From: Candidatus Aminicenantes bacterium
Lineage (GTDB): Bacteria; Acidobacteriota; Aminicenantia; Aminicenantales; Saccharicenantaceae
Direction of reading: 5' to 3'
Length of the DNA: 64,000 bases
Assembly (NCBI GenBank): GCA_013178315.1
Contig: JABLWX010000001.1
Span: 5,716 to 69,715 of the forward strand
Under the pieces are notes generated by a model that searched no databases, had not been told where the DNA came from, and saw only the letters and a program-made list of their open reading frames with translations. This document shows, in pieces, positions 8,988 through 18,510 of the stretch; position 1 is the stretch's first letter, and every line of letters starts with the position of its first letter. A program made the position numbers and the translations under genes.

Positions 8988-10569
8988 AAAATATTTCTGG
9001 TTGCAGCGGCTGCGCATCCTGACCCAGGCCGGTTTTTTCCTGATTTTTTTCATCCTGTTCCTGAAGACCCACTACCCGGGAGAAGATTACCTGAAAACCA
9101 CGGTCGAACGATTCTTTCACTTCGACCCGCTCCTCTTCCTGACCGCTTCCATCGCCTCCAGGGCCATCTACGCTGCCCTGCTTCTGTCTCTTATAACCCT
9201 GGCCGCTACCTTGCTTCTCGGAAGGTTTGTCTGCGGCTGGCTCTGTCCCCTGGGGTCTGTCCATCAGTTTTTCTCCTTTATATTTAAGAAGGCCAGGGTG
9301 CTGAAACCCCGAAAGGACGACCAGGCCAGCCTGGCCCCGAAGTACCTGGTCCTGCTTGCGGTGGTGGCCGCCAGTCTGTTTGCGGTCAACCTGGTCGGCT
9401 ACCTCGACCCGTTGTCTTTCCTCTACCGTTCCTTTGCGGTGTTTATCTCACCGCTCGTTAATTTTGGACTGGCCCAGTCCGGCAACCTGGCCTACTGGCT
9501 CGGCCTTAAGAGTCTTGGCCAGGGCATCAGCCAGGCCGCCGGCAACCTGGCCCTCAACGGTGTGTTTCAGAATGCCCTGTTGATTGGCGGGTTGTTCCTT
9601 CTGGTCATTCTGCTCAATGCCCGGAAAGAAAGGTTCTGGTGCCGTTACCTCTGCCCGGCCGGGGCATTGCTGGGACTCGCCTCGCGTTTTAACCTCTTCA
9701 AACTGAAAATTGACCCGGAGAAATGCATAAACTGCCACCTTTGTTCCATCCATTGCCAGACCAATGCCCGGCCTTACCCGGCAGGGGAGTGGCGCAGCTC
9801 GGAATGTATCTATTGCGAGACCTGCGCTGCCATCTGCCCGACCGCTGCCATCTCCTTTCCGCTGGGCTGGAAAGCGGAGAAAATGCAGGGAGTGGACCTC
9901 AACCGTCGACGGGTGCTCCTGACCTCGATCACCGGACTGGTCCTGGCCCCGATTTTCAAGATCAGCCCGCTCCGCCGGCGGTCCAACCCGGCCCTCATCA
10001 GGCCCCCCGGGGCCCTGCCCGAACCTGAATTCCTGGGCCGCTGCGTTAAGTGTGGAGAATGTATGAAAGTCTGCCCGACCAACGCCCTGCACCCGGCCCT
10101 CACCGAAGCCGGGCCGGAAGGGGTCTGGACCCCGGTGCTGGTCCCGAGGATAGGTTACTGCGAATACTACTGCTCGCTCTGCACCCAGGTCTGCCCGACC
10201 GGAGCCATCAGGGAGCTGACCGTAGAGGAAAAGGTCACGGTCAAGATAGGGACGGCCTGGGTGGATAAGACCCGCTGTCTGCCCTATGCCCTGGGCAAGC
10301 CCTGCATCGTCTGCGAGGAACACTGCCCGGTTTCCCCCAAGGCCATCCAGCTGGTAAAAGTTGATACTCTGACTCCGGAAGGGGTGGTAGCCACCAACCT
10401 GGCTCCTTTTGTCAACGTTGATACCTGCATCGGCTGTGGAATCTGCGAGAACAAGTGCGTGGTCATGGACCTGCCGGCCATCAGGGTCAGCAGCATCGGC
10501 GAGCATCGCTCCGCCCATAATCGCCTGGTTCTACCGGTGGTTGAAGAACAGGGTGAGTCAAAGCCCTGA
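8947..10569 (+). CDS. NapH/NosR-like integral-membrane polyferredoxin (two CxxxCP motifs plus six 4Fe-4S motifs)
   Basis: TM helices carry CGWLCP and CRYLCP. These are followed by CINCHLCSIHC, CIYCETCAAICP, CVKCGECMKVCP, CEYYCSLCTQVCP, C-X8-CIVCEEHCP and CIGCGICENKC. There is no ATG or GTG near the 5' end, so the start must be TTG 8947 or TTG 8968 (GGAG 11 nt upstream). It overlaps the DUF362 gene. Confidence 0.8.
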   Translation: MNWRKSELKRERSKKYFWLQRLRILTQAGFFLIFFILFLKTHYPGEDYLKTTVERFFHFDPLLFLTASIASRAIYAALLLSLITLAATLLLGRFVCGWLCPLGSVHQFFSFIFKKARVLKPRKDDQASLAPKYLVLLAVVAASLFAVNLVGYLDPLSFLYRSFAVFISPLVNFGLAQSGNLAYWLGLKSLGQGISQAAGNLALNGVFQNALLIGGLFLLVILLNARKERFWCRYLCPAGALLGLASRFNLFKLKIDPEKCINCHLCSIHCQTNARPYPAGEWRSSECIYCETCAAICPTAAISFPLGWKAEKMQGVDLNRRRVLLTSITGLVLAPIFKISPLRRRSNPALIRPPGALPEPEFLGRCVKCGECMKVCPTNALHPALTEAGPEGVWTPVLVPRIGYCEYYCSLCTQVCPTGAIRELTVEEKVTVKIGTAWVDKTRCLPYALGKPCIVCEEHCPVSPKAIQLVKVDTLTPEGVVATNLAPFVNVDTCIGCGICENKCVVMDLPAIRVSSIGEHRSAHNRLVLPVVEEQGESKP

Positions 10570-10767
10570 ACTGGATGAAGGCTGCCCCGGCCTCGGTTTT
10601 AAGCCAGCGTAGCTCTACATTACTGGCCGTATCCTTAGCAGGACCGGAGAGCACTTTTCATTGCCTTTGCGGCTTTTACTTTCCGGGAAACATGCAGAAT
10701 GCTCTGAACCAACCGACCGAGAAAGCAACCCGGGGGCTCCACCAGTAAGCTTGTCCTGATTACTTTC

Positions 10768-12009
10768 TTATTCGAATTTCTTGAGGAGCAGGCAGGCGTT
10801 GGTCCAGCCAAAACCAAAGGAGTTGGTCAGGGCATGCACTATTTCCGCCGGCCGGGCAGAATTGGGCACGTAATCCAGGTCGCACTCCGGGTCGGGGAAT
10901 TCATAATTTATGGTCGGCGGCATTACCTGGTGGAAGATGGCCAGGGCGGTGATGGCGGTTTCCAATCCCCCGGCGGCTCCCAGCAGGTGGCCGGTCATGG
11001 ACTTGGTGGAGCTCACCCCGACTTTTTTTGCCCCTTCCCCGAAAACCTTCTTTACGGCCAGGGTCTCGGTCTTATCGTTGTACTGGGTAGAGGTCCCGTG
11101 GGCATTTATGTACTGGACCTCATCCGGGCTGACCCCACCATCCTGGAGAGCCATCCTCATCACCCGGGCCGCCCCGTCACCGTCCGGGCTGGGAGCGGTC
11201 ACATGGTAGGCATCGCTGTTTAGCCCGTAGCCCAGGACCTCGGCGTAAATCCTGGCCCCGCGCTTCAGGGCAGACTCCAGTTCCTCCAGCAGGACAATCC
11301 CGGCTCCCTCGCTCATGACGAAACCGTCCCGCCGGGCATCGAAAGGCCGGGAGGCCTTCTCCGGTTCATCGTTCCTCTCCGACAGGGCTTTCATGTTGCA
11401 GAAGCCGGCCAGGCTCAGCGGGGTGATGGGAGCCTCGGCCCCGCCGGCGATCATCCGGTCGGCCAGACCCAGCTTGATCATCCGAAAGGCTTCGCCGATG
11501 GCGTGGGCCCCGGTACTGCAGGCAGTGGCATTGGCCAGGTTGGGGCCGCTGGCCCGGTAGCGGATGGAAATATGCCCGGGGGCCTCGTTGATTATGGTCT
11601 GGATGATGAAAAACGGCGAGACCCGGTCCGGCCCCTTTTCCAGCAGGACCCGGTGGGTTTCTTCAATCGAGCCTATGCCGCCGATTCCCGAACCGACATA
11701 AACTCCGGTCCGCTCTCCCTGGAGAAGGGCAGTATCAATGCCCGAGTCCTGAACGGCCAGCTCGGCCGCGGCTATGGCGTACTGGACGAACAGGTCCATC
11801 TTGCGGGCTTCTTTCCGGTCGATAAACTGCTGGACGTCAAAATTCTTGATTTCCCCGGCAATCCGGGTTGGAAAGCGCTCCGGGTCAAAGCGGGTAATCC
11901 GGCCGATGGCCGACCGCCCGGCCAGGAGCGCCTGCCAGTTGGACTCCACCCCCAGACCCAGCGGCGTTACCAGCCCCAGACCGGTAATAACCACTCTTCT
12001 TGCCGGCAT
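10768..12009 (-). CDS. fabF: beta-ketoacyl-ACP synthase II
   Basis: [18 protein letters not shown]..., active-site region [13 protein letters not shown], then HGTSTQ and GHLLGAAG motifs. The track ORF begins at GTG 12024; ATG 12009 gives the canonical N-terminus. Confidence 0.93.
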   Translation of the reverse strand: MPARRVVITGLGLVTPLGLGVESNWQALLAGRSAIGRITRFDPERFPTRIAGEIKNFDVQQFIDRKEARKMDLFVQYAIAAAELAVQDSGIDTALLQGERTGVYVGSGIGGIGSIEETHRVLLEKGPDRVSPFFIIQTIINEAPGHISIRYRASGPNLANATACSTGAHAIGEAFRMIKLGLADRMIAGGAEAPITPLSLAGFCNMKALSERNDEPEKASRPFDARRDGFVMSEGAGIVLLEELESALKRGARIYAEVLGYGLNSDAYHVTAPSPDGDGAARVMRMALQDGGVSPDEVQYINAHGTSTQYNDKTETLAVKKVFGEGAKKVGVSSTKSMTGHLLGAAGGLETAITALAIFHQVMPPTINYEFPDPECDLDYVPNSARPAEIVHALTNSFGFGWTNACLLLKKFE

Positions 12010-12066
12010 AGTTAGAGAAGTCACAGAAAATTTCCGCGTTGGAACAACAAGGTAGCCAGGGGGGAC

Positions 12067-12315
12067 TTATTTTCCCTTGTAATGCTCCAGGATATAATCC
12101 AGGGCTTTGCCCACTGTGTTCAGTTTCTCGGCTTCGTCGTCGGGAATGTTCAGACCGAACTCATCCTCCAGGGCCATGACCAGCTCGACGGTATCCAGAG
12201 AATCGGCACCCAGGTCCTGGGTGAAGGAAGCATTCTCGGTAATCTGTTCTTCGCCGATATTCAGCTTGTCCGCCACGATGCTCTTAACCTTCTTTAAGAG
12301 TTCTTCTCTCTCCAT
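12067..12315 (-). CDS. acpP: acyl carrier protein
   Basis: [21 protein letters not shown] contains the phosphopantetheine-attachment Ser. The track start 12327 is TTG. ATG 12315 has GGAGGT 6 nt upstream. Confidence 0.95.
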   Translation of the reverse strand: MEREELLKKVKSIVADKLNIGEEQITENASFTQDLGADSLDTVELVMALEDEFGLNIPDDEAEKLNTVGKALDYILEHYKGK

Positions 12316-12342
12316 GGTTACCTCCAATTTAATATTTTTTTA

Positions 12343-13083
12343 TTACATGTACATTCCGCCGTTGACATTGATCACCTGACCGGTGATGTAGGCGGCCTCG
12401 TCCGAGCACAGGAATTTTACCGCCCGGGCCACTTCCACCGGAAAGCCGAACCTTTTCATTGGAATGATATCAAGAAAAGCTTTCTTAACCTCTTCCGGCA
12501 ATTTTTCCGTCATCGGGGTGGCGATATAACCCGGGGCCACGCAGTTAACCGTAATTCCACGGGCCGCCACTTCCCGGGCCAGCGACTTGGAAAAACCGAT
12601 CAGCCCGGCCTTGGAGGCGGCGTAATTGGTCTGGCCGAAATTGCCCATCTGGCCAACGACCGAGGCAATATTAACGATGCGGCCGTACCTGGCGGTAAAC
12701 ATCGGTTTCAGGGCTGCCCGGGAAAAATTGAAAGCACCCTTGAGGTTGACCCGGAGCACCAGGTCCCAGTCTTCTTCCTTCATTCGCAGAAGCAGGGAAT
12801 CGCGGGTAATGCCAGCATTGTTGACCAGGTGGTCCAGCCTCCCCAGGGTGCCCACGACTTCGTCCACGACCTGGGCCGCCCGGGTTGAATCTGTTACGTC
12901 GGCTTCATAAGGCAGGGCCCTGATCCCCAGGCCAGCCAGCCTGGAAGCCACCTGTTCCAGCTTGTCTTTCTGGACATCCACCAGAATCACGGTGGCTCCT
13001 TCGCGGCCGAGTTCTTCGGCGATGGCCTCGCCGATGCCCTGGGACGCACCCGTGACCAGCGAAACTCTGTCGGCAAAAATCAT
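12343..13083 (-). CDS. fabG: 3-oxoacyl-ACP reductase
   Basis: SDR protein with TGASQGIG, NNAG and the YAASKAG catalytic motif. Canonical position upstream of acpP. Confidence 0.93.
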   Translation of the reverse strand: MIFADRVSLVTGASQGIGEAIAEELGREGATVILVDVQKDKLEQVASRLAGLGIRALPYEADVTDSTRAAQVVDEVVGTLGRLDHLVNNAGITRDSLLLRMKEEDWDLVLRVNLKGAFNFSRAALKPMFTARYGRIVNIASVVGQMGNFGQTNYAASKAGLIGFSKSLAREVAARGITVNCVAPGYIATPMTEKLPEEVKKAFLDIIPMKRFGFPVEVARAVKFLCSDEAAYITGQVINVNGGMYM

Positions 13084-13207
13084 CAGGCCACTCCCGGAAA
13101 AGATTGCCCGGCGGGGTCCTGGCTTAAAAAATCAACTGCACCCAAATTATCGACCATGATCTTAAATGCCCTCTATCCCCGTCGAATTTCCGTACGGTGC
13201 GGTAAAT

Positions 13208-13235
13208 AGTCTATCTTTTTAAATAAAATTTGCAA
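13208..13235 (-). promoter_or_regulatory. candidate promoter TTGCAA-N16-TAGACT for fabG-acpP-fabF
   Basis: Minus-strand reading inside the 315-nt rpmF-fabG spacer. Consensus match only. Confidence 0.3.
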
Positions 13236-13398
13236 CAATTTTTCTGCGGACCGGAAGCACAGGCTCAGCCGGTCGGCTCTGGCTCCACCCGGGTTCCAGC
13301 CGGCAGGCAGGACGGTTTTTTTCCGGTCGTGGCTTTTTTCCGGCCGGAAGGTTATCCCGGCCCCAGCCCTGCACCCAACCGTCATAACAGGAACTCGC

Positions 13399-13581
13399 CT
13401 ACTGTTCCTGGCCCTCGATGACCTGCCGTCCCTTATAATAACCGCATTCCGGGCAGGCCCGGTGGGGCAGCTTGGGGCTGCCGCAGTTCGGGCAGAGCGA
13501 GAAAGAGGGCAGAGTCAGGTGGTCATGGGACCTTCTCTTGCCTTTCCTGGAATGTGAATGTCTTCTTTTTGGGTTTGGCAT
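13399..13581 (-). CDS. rpmF: 50S ribosomal protein L32
   Basis: MPNPKRRHSHSRKGKRRSH..CPNCG..HRACPECGYY is a typical zinc-ribbon L32. Confidence 0.93.
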   Translation of the reverse strand: MPNPKRRHSHSRKGKRRSHDHLTLPSFSLCPNCGSPKLPHRACPECGYYKGRQVIEGQEQ

Positions 13582-14100
13582 TTATTTCTTATCTCTCAAA
13601 AAAGATTTTAATTTTTCCAGCCTGGAGTCGGACTCGTGGACCTGGCAGGAACACTTCCCCTGGTTGACCAGTTCCCCGCAGACCGGGCAGATGCCCTCGC
13701 AATCCTCCGAGCATAGCGGACGCAGGGGGAAGCTCAGGTTCAGTTGCTCCAGGACAATTTCCCTCAGGTCCAGCTGCTGGTGGTAGTAGAAAAAGCGGTC
13801 CAGGTCTTCCTCCTCCAGTTCTTCCTTCATCTCGTCCAGCTCTTCGGGCAGGTAAACCAGGTCAAATACGGAATCCACACAGTATTCAAAAGGCCTCAGG
13901 CAGCGGCTGCAGACGAAACTCAGCCTGGTGTTAATCCGGCCCCTGACCTGAACATCGCTTCCAACCTTTCTGACTTCCACCTCGGCATGGGTCGGTTGCA
14001 GGAAGACGGCATCTTCCTCCACCAGGTCCAGACTGACGAAGTCAAAATCCTGGTCGACGTGCAATCCCTCGCGGGGAATCTCGTTGACATCGATAACCAT
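13582..14100 (-). CDS. yceD: YceD/DUF177 family protein (23S rRNA accumulation protein-like)
   Basis: 172 aa with a C-terminal Cys cluster (CSEDCEGICPVCG...KCSC). Abuts rpmF, the conserved yceD-rpmF pairing. Confidence 0.85.
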   Translation of the reverse strand: MVIDVNEIPREGLHVDQDFDFVSLDLVEEDAVFLQPTHAEVEVRKVGSDVQVRGRINTRLSFVCSRCLRPFEYCVDSVFDLVYLPEELDEMKEELEEEDLDRFFYYHQQLDLREIVLEQLNLSFPLRPLCSEDCEGICPVCGELVNQGKCSCQVHESDSRLEKLKSFLRDKK

Positions 14101-14227
14101 GGGTTTATCCTTTTATGACCAAGTATTATACCAGCTTGGACCGGGTTGTCAACCGAAGCCGGGCCCAGTTTTTTCTCTTGCGGACGGTATTAATTAGAGT
14201 ATAATCAGACTAAAAGGTGCGCCGAGG

Positions 14228-14485
14228 ATGGAAGGTTATAACACCGCGATTGAATACAAGGGCCACACCCTTATGGTCCAGACCCAGGACAAGGGCCCGA
14301 CCTTTAATTACGTCGAATCCCTGATTTACCTGGCCGGCCGGATTATCTCCTCCAAGCGGGCTTCTTACTCCTCCCATCTCAACGAACCCAACCTCCAGGA
14401 AATCATCCAGAAGCTGGTGGAAGAACTTCATGCCGACGTGCTGGACGAAATCGTCGAAGGGAAGTACGACAAGTTTCTCGAATGA
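14228..14485 (+). CDS. hypothetical 85-aa protein, translationally coupled to polA
   Basis: AAGGTG lies 8 nt upstream of the ATG. A TATAAT at 14200-14205 is upstream. The stop TGA overlaps the polA ATG (ATGA). No family recognised. Confidence 0.5.
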   Translation: MEGYNTAIEYKGHTLMVQTQDKGPTFNYVESLIYLAGRIISSKRASYSSHLNEPNLQEIIQKLVEELHADVLDEIVEGKYDKFLE

Positions 14486-17205
14486 CACCCGGAAGGCTTT
14501 TCCTGATTGACGGCAACTCGCTTCTTTACCGCTCCTATTACGCCATCCAGAAGCTGGCTAACTCGGCCGGGTTTCCCACCAACGCCATCTATGGCTTCAT
14601 CAATACCCTGAATAAGATAATAGAAGAAGAAAAGCCGGAGTACCTGGGAGTGGTTTTTGATACCGGGGCCCCCACCCTGAGGCACCAGGCCTACCGCGAA
14701 TACAAGGCCGGGCGCCGGCCGATGCCCCAGGACCTGGTCGTCCAGGTCCCGGTACTGAAAAGGGTAATCACCGCCCGCCGGATTCCCCTTTTTGAATACA
14801 CCGACTATGAAGCTGACGATGTCCTGGCCACCCTGGCCCGGAAGGCTTCGGGGAAGAAAGTCTGCACCATCATCGTTACCACTGACAAAGACCTGCTGCA
14901 GGTACTCGGTCCCAGGGTGGCGATTTACAACCCGGCTCGTAACCTATATCTGATCGACCAGAGCCTGGAGCCGGAGTTCCGGGCCCTGCTCAAGGACAAA
15001 GAGGTAAAAACGGCCGAGGAATATTTCGGGGTCCCGGCCGGGCTGGTGGCCGACGTCCTGGCCCTCTGGGGAGACGCCTCGGACAACATCCCCGGGGTCC
15101 CTGGAGTGGGGGAAAAAACCGCCAAGAACCTGATCCAGGAGTTCGGCTCGCTCGATAACCTGGTGGCCAACCTGGAGCGGGTCAAGAACCCCCGGATCAG
15201 GGAAAGCCTCAAGAACAACCTGGACCGCCTGGAATTGAGCCGGAAGCTGGTCCGGGTAGAAGACAACCTCGACCTGGAACTCAACCTGGAGACTTTCAAG
15301 CCGCAGGAACCTGACAGCGAGACTCTGGTCGATCTCTACCGCGAGCTGGAATTCACCAGTTTTATTCCACAGTATTTAAATAAAAAGGAAAGCGCCGGCC
15401 GGGATTTCCAGACCATCCTGGACAGAGACTCGTTCCAGCAATTCCTTCGCGCCGCCGGCCAGGCCGGGGAAATAGCCCTCGACACCGAAACCACCAACCT
15501 CTTTCCGACCCGGGCCCGGCTGGTGGGCTTATCTTTTTCGCTCAGGCCAGGTCAAGCCTTTTATATCCCTTTGCGGCATAACTATCCGCTGGCCCCCACC
15601 CAGCTCCCGGCTGAATACGTGCTCAAGGCACTCAAACCCCTGCTGGAGAACCCGGACCTCAAAAAAATAGGCCAGAACATTAAATATGATTACATCGTCC
15701 TCAAAAGAGAAGGTCTTCAGCTCCAGGGTATCCACCTCGATACCATGGTCCTGTCCTATCTGCTTGAACCCAACTGGGGCAAGCATAACCTTGATAAACT
15801 GGCCGCCTATTACCTGCAGGAAGCCAAGATTCCTTTTGATAGCCTGGTCGGAAAGGGTAAAAAGCAGCTGACCATGGACCTCGTCCCCGTGGACAGGGCG
15901 GCCGAGTACGCCTGCCAGGATGCCCATCTGGCCATGAGCCTCAGCCGGGTCCTCTGGCCAAAAATCGAGGCTCGGAAACTGGACTGGCTCTACCGGGAAA
16001 TAGAGCTTCCATTAATTGAGGTGCTGGCCGAAATGGAGATGGCTGGCGTCCGGCTGGACCTGAAACTACTTAAGGAGATGGGGGCCGAGCTGGCCGGCCA
16101 GCTCCGCCGCCTGGAAAAGAAGATTTACGAGATGGCCGGGCAGGAATTTAACATCAACTCCCCCCAGCAGCTCAGCCAGGTCCTGTTCTACAAGCTTAAC
16201 CTTCCGGCCAGCAAGAAGACCCGGATTACCCGGGGGCTGTCCACGGCCACCGACATCCTGGAAGAGCTGGCCCTATTGCATCCCCTGGCCGGAGCGGTCC
16301 TGGAATATCGACAGCTGTCCAAGCTCAAGTCCACCTATACCGATGCCCTGGCCGAGCTGGTCAACCCGGAAACAGGGCGGGTCCATACCTCATACAACCA
16401 GACGGTGACGGCCACCGGCCGGCTATCTTCATCCGACCCCAACTTGCAGAACATTCCAGCCCGGGGCGAGCTGGGAAAACGGATTCGCCAGGCCTTTATT
16501 CCCGAGGATGGCCACCTTCTGCTCTCGGCCGATTATTCGCAGATCGAACTGCGACTGCTGGCCCACCTGTCAGAAGACCCGCTTCTGCTGGAAACTTTCC
16601 GCAGCGACCGGGACGTCCACAGCGAGACGGCCCGGCTGGTGTTCGGACCGGCGGGGGAGTTGTTCCCCGAGGAAATGAGGCGCCGGGCTAAAATCATAAA
16701 CTTCAGCATAATCTACGGGACCTCCGCCTTTTCCCTGGCTAAAGAACTGGAGACCTCCACCTCCGAGGCCCAGAAATTCATAGACCGTTACTTTGAGGAG
16801 CATAAGAAGGTCAGGGAATACCTTGACCGGGTGGTCGAGGAGGCCCGCGATAGGGGTTATGCCGAAACGCTCTTTGGCCGCCAGCGCCAAATACCCGAAC
16901 TGAAAAGCCCCGACAACAACACTTTCCAGGCCGGGCGCCGGATGGCCCTGAATACCCCGATCCAGGGCTCGGCCGCCGACATCATCAAGCTGGCCATGGT
17001 TAAGATATACCGCGAGCTGAAGGCGCGGGGGCTTAAGACCAGGATGATACTACAGGTTCACGACGAGCTGGTGTTCGAGGTGCCCGAGAAGGAACGGGCC
17101 ACGGTCGAGCCCCTGGTCCGGGACGGTATGGAAAATATCTGTTCCCTGAAGGTCCCACTTAAAGTGCGCCTGGGTTGGGGCCGCAACTGGGCCGAGGTCA
17201 AGTAG
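14482..17205 (+). CDS. polA: DNA polymerase I (5'-3' exonuclease, 3'-5' exonuclease-like and polymerase domains)
   Basis: 907 aa. Motif A (LLSADYSQIELR), motif B (RRRAKIINFSIIYG) and motif C (LQVHDELVFE). N-terminal FEN-like domain (LIDGNSLLYRSYYA). Confidence 0.97.
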   Translation: MTPGRLFLIDGNSLLYRSYYAIQKLANSAGFPTNAIYGFINTLNKIIEEEKPEYLGVVFDTGAPTLRHQAYREYKAGRRPMPQDLVVQVPVLKRVITARRIPLFEYTDYEADDVLATLARKASGKKVCTIIVTTDKDLLQVLGPRVAIYNPARNLYLIDQSLEPEFRALLKDKEVKTAEEYFGVPAGLVADVLALWGDASDNIPGVPGVGEKTAKNLIQEFGSLDNLVANLERVKNPRIRESLKNNLDRLELSRKLVRVEDNLDLELNLETFKPQEPDSETLVDLYRELEFTSFIPQYLNKKESAGRDFQTILDRDSFQQFLRAAGQAGEIALDTETTNLFPTRARLVGLSFSLRPGQAFYIPLRHNYPLAPTQLPAEYVLKALKPLLENPDLKKIGQNIKYDYIVLKREGLQLQGIHLDTMVLSYLLEPNWGKHNLDKLAAYYLQEAKIPFDSLVGKGKKQLTMDLVPVDRAAEYACQDAHLAMSLSRVLWPKIEARKLDWLYREIELPLIEVLAEMEMAGVRLDLKLLKEMGAELAGQLRRLEKKIYEMAGQEFNINSPQQLSQVLFYKLNLPASKKTRITRGLSTATDILEELALLHPLAGAVLEYRQLSKLKSTYTDALAELVNPETGRVHTSYNQTVTATGRLSSSDPNLQNIPARGELGKRIRQAFIPEDGHLLLSADYSQIELRLLAHLSEDPLLLETFRSDRDVHSETARLVFGPAGELFPEEMRRRAKIINFSIIYGTSAFSLAKELETSTSEAQKFIDRYFEEHKKVREYLDRVVEEARDRGYAETLFGRQRQIPELKSPDNNTFQAGRRMALNTPIQGSAADIIKLAMVKIYRELKARGLKTRMILQVHDELVFEVPEKERATVEPLVRDGMENICSLKVPLKVRLGWGRNWAEVK

Positions 17206-17239
17206 TTAAGGAGCTAATCAGGAAGGCCGGGAGCGCGGC

Positions 17240-18367
17240 TCAGACCAGGGCCTTCTGGTAAACCCGGTACACCTTATAGATTTTGCCGCCCAGCCTTTCC
17301 ATCTCAGACCGGACCCTGACGTTGGCCTCCATCTCGTGGTGAGTATCCATGATCTCAAAGCCGGCTTTCTGGGCCGAGCTCAGCAGGGCCACGCCCATCA
17401 GGGCGTCCAGGCCCATGCCCCGGTATTCTTTCTTTATGGCCCCCAGGAGCAGGTCCAGCTGCTTGGTCTTCTTCTGGGCCCTCAGGACATGGATGAAACC
17501 AAACGGGAACAGTCGCCCCCGGGCTTTCTTGATGCCGGCAGTCATATCGGGAATGGCCACGATGAAGGCCACCACCTGGCCGTCCTTCAGAACCCCCTTG
17601 ATGAACCTGGGGTCGAGAACCGGCAGGTATTTCCTGGCCAGGTCATCCATCTCCTTTTCATCCAGGGGTGCATAGCCGTAGATATTACTCTCCACGTAGG
17701 TTTCGTTCATCAGGGACAGGATGGGCCTGATCCAGGGTTTGATTTCCTTGCGCTTTCTGAATTCCAGGATCTTGAAATTTCCCTTTTTAAGAATTCGCTC
17801 GGCAATCTTGGAATAGATTTCGGGAATTTCCTTGGGCACCTCTATCTTATAGACAAAATAATCGATGTCCTTGCTGTAACCTTCCTTTTCCACCATCTCC
17901 GGCAGCCATTCGAAATTGTAGTAGGTGGCGATGGTGGCCCGGTTTTCAAAGCCCTTGATTAGGAAACCCTCGGGGTCCTGGTCGGAAAAGCCATAGGGCC
18001 CGATTATTCTGGTCATGCCCTTTTCCCTGGCCCACTGCTCGACCCGCGACAGCAGGGCATGGACCACGGCCTGGTCCTGGATGCTCTCCAGATAACCGAA
18101 GCGGGCGGTCTTTTCGTTGCGGACCTCGTTGTAACGATGGTTGATGATGCCCATCACCCGGCCCACCACCTGGCCGTCTTTCTCGGCCAGCAACATCAAC
18201 GTATCTGAATAACTGAAGGCCTTGTTCTTTTTGGGGTTAAAATAGGCCCACTCATCCATGTAGATGGGATGAACCCAGTTGGGCTGATCCTGGTGGAGTT
18301 TTTCGGGCAGGTAAATAAAGGTCTTAAGCTGGGGCCTGGTTTTGACTTCGATCAGGTTAATGCTCAT
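17240..18367 (-). CDS. GNAT-fold N-acyltransferase-like protein, uncharacterised (about 375 aa)
   Basis: Two acetyltransferase-like halves (GRVMGIINH...ARFGYLE... and GAIKKEYRGMGLDALM...). I prefer ATG 18367 (MSINLIEVK) over the track start 18442. An extended -10 (cTGGTAAAAT, plus coordinates 18391-18400) and a GGA-rich SD lie inside the putative 5' extension. Confidence 0.55.
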   Translation of the reverse strand: MSINLIEVKTRPQLKTFIYLPEKLHQDQPNWVHPIYMDEWAYFNPKKNKAFSYSDTLMLLAEKDGQVVGRVMGIINHRYNEVRNEKTARFGYLESIQDQAVVHALLSRVEQWAREKGMTRIIGPYGFSDQDPEGFLIKGFENRATIATYYNFEWLPEMVEKEGYSKDIDYFVYKIEVPKEIPEIYSKIAERILKKGNFKILEFRKRKEIKPWIRPILSLMNETYVESNIYGYAPLDEKEMDDLARKYLPVLDPRFIKGVLKDGQVVAFIVAIPDMTAGIKKARGRLFPFGFIHVLRAQKKTKQLDLLLGAIKKEYRGMGLDALMGVALLSSAQKAGFEIMDTHHEMEANVRVRSEMERLGGKIYKVYRVYQKALV

Positions 18368-18510
18368 GTCCGTTTTCCTTCTGACAAGGGATTTTACCAG
18401 ATTTTGATAAAAAAAAGTAAATAAATTTTTTGCTCGGCCCATGTGGAAAAGGAGGTGAACATCCTGTGAAAAAACTCCTTAATATTTTGTGAAATTCTTG
18501 TGTTAAATTC

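Noticed and set aside
9448-10518. 356-aa minus-strand ORF antisense to the polyferredoxin gene
   Set aside because: The plus frame has six regular 4Fe-4S motifs. The antisense translation is G/R/A-rich noise.
13173-13385. 70-aa minus-strand ORF inside the rpmF-fabG spacer
   Set aside because: No SD. The product is basic and Gly-rich and does not look like PlsX, FabH or FabD remnants. Probably non-coding.
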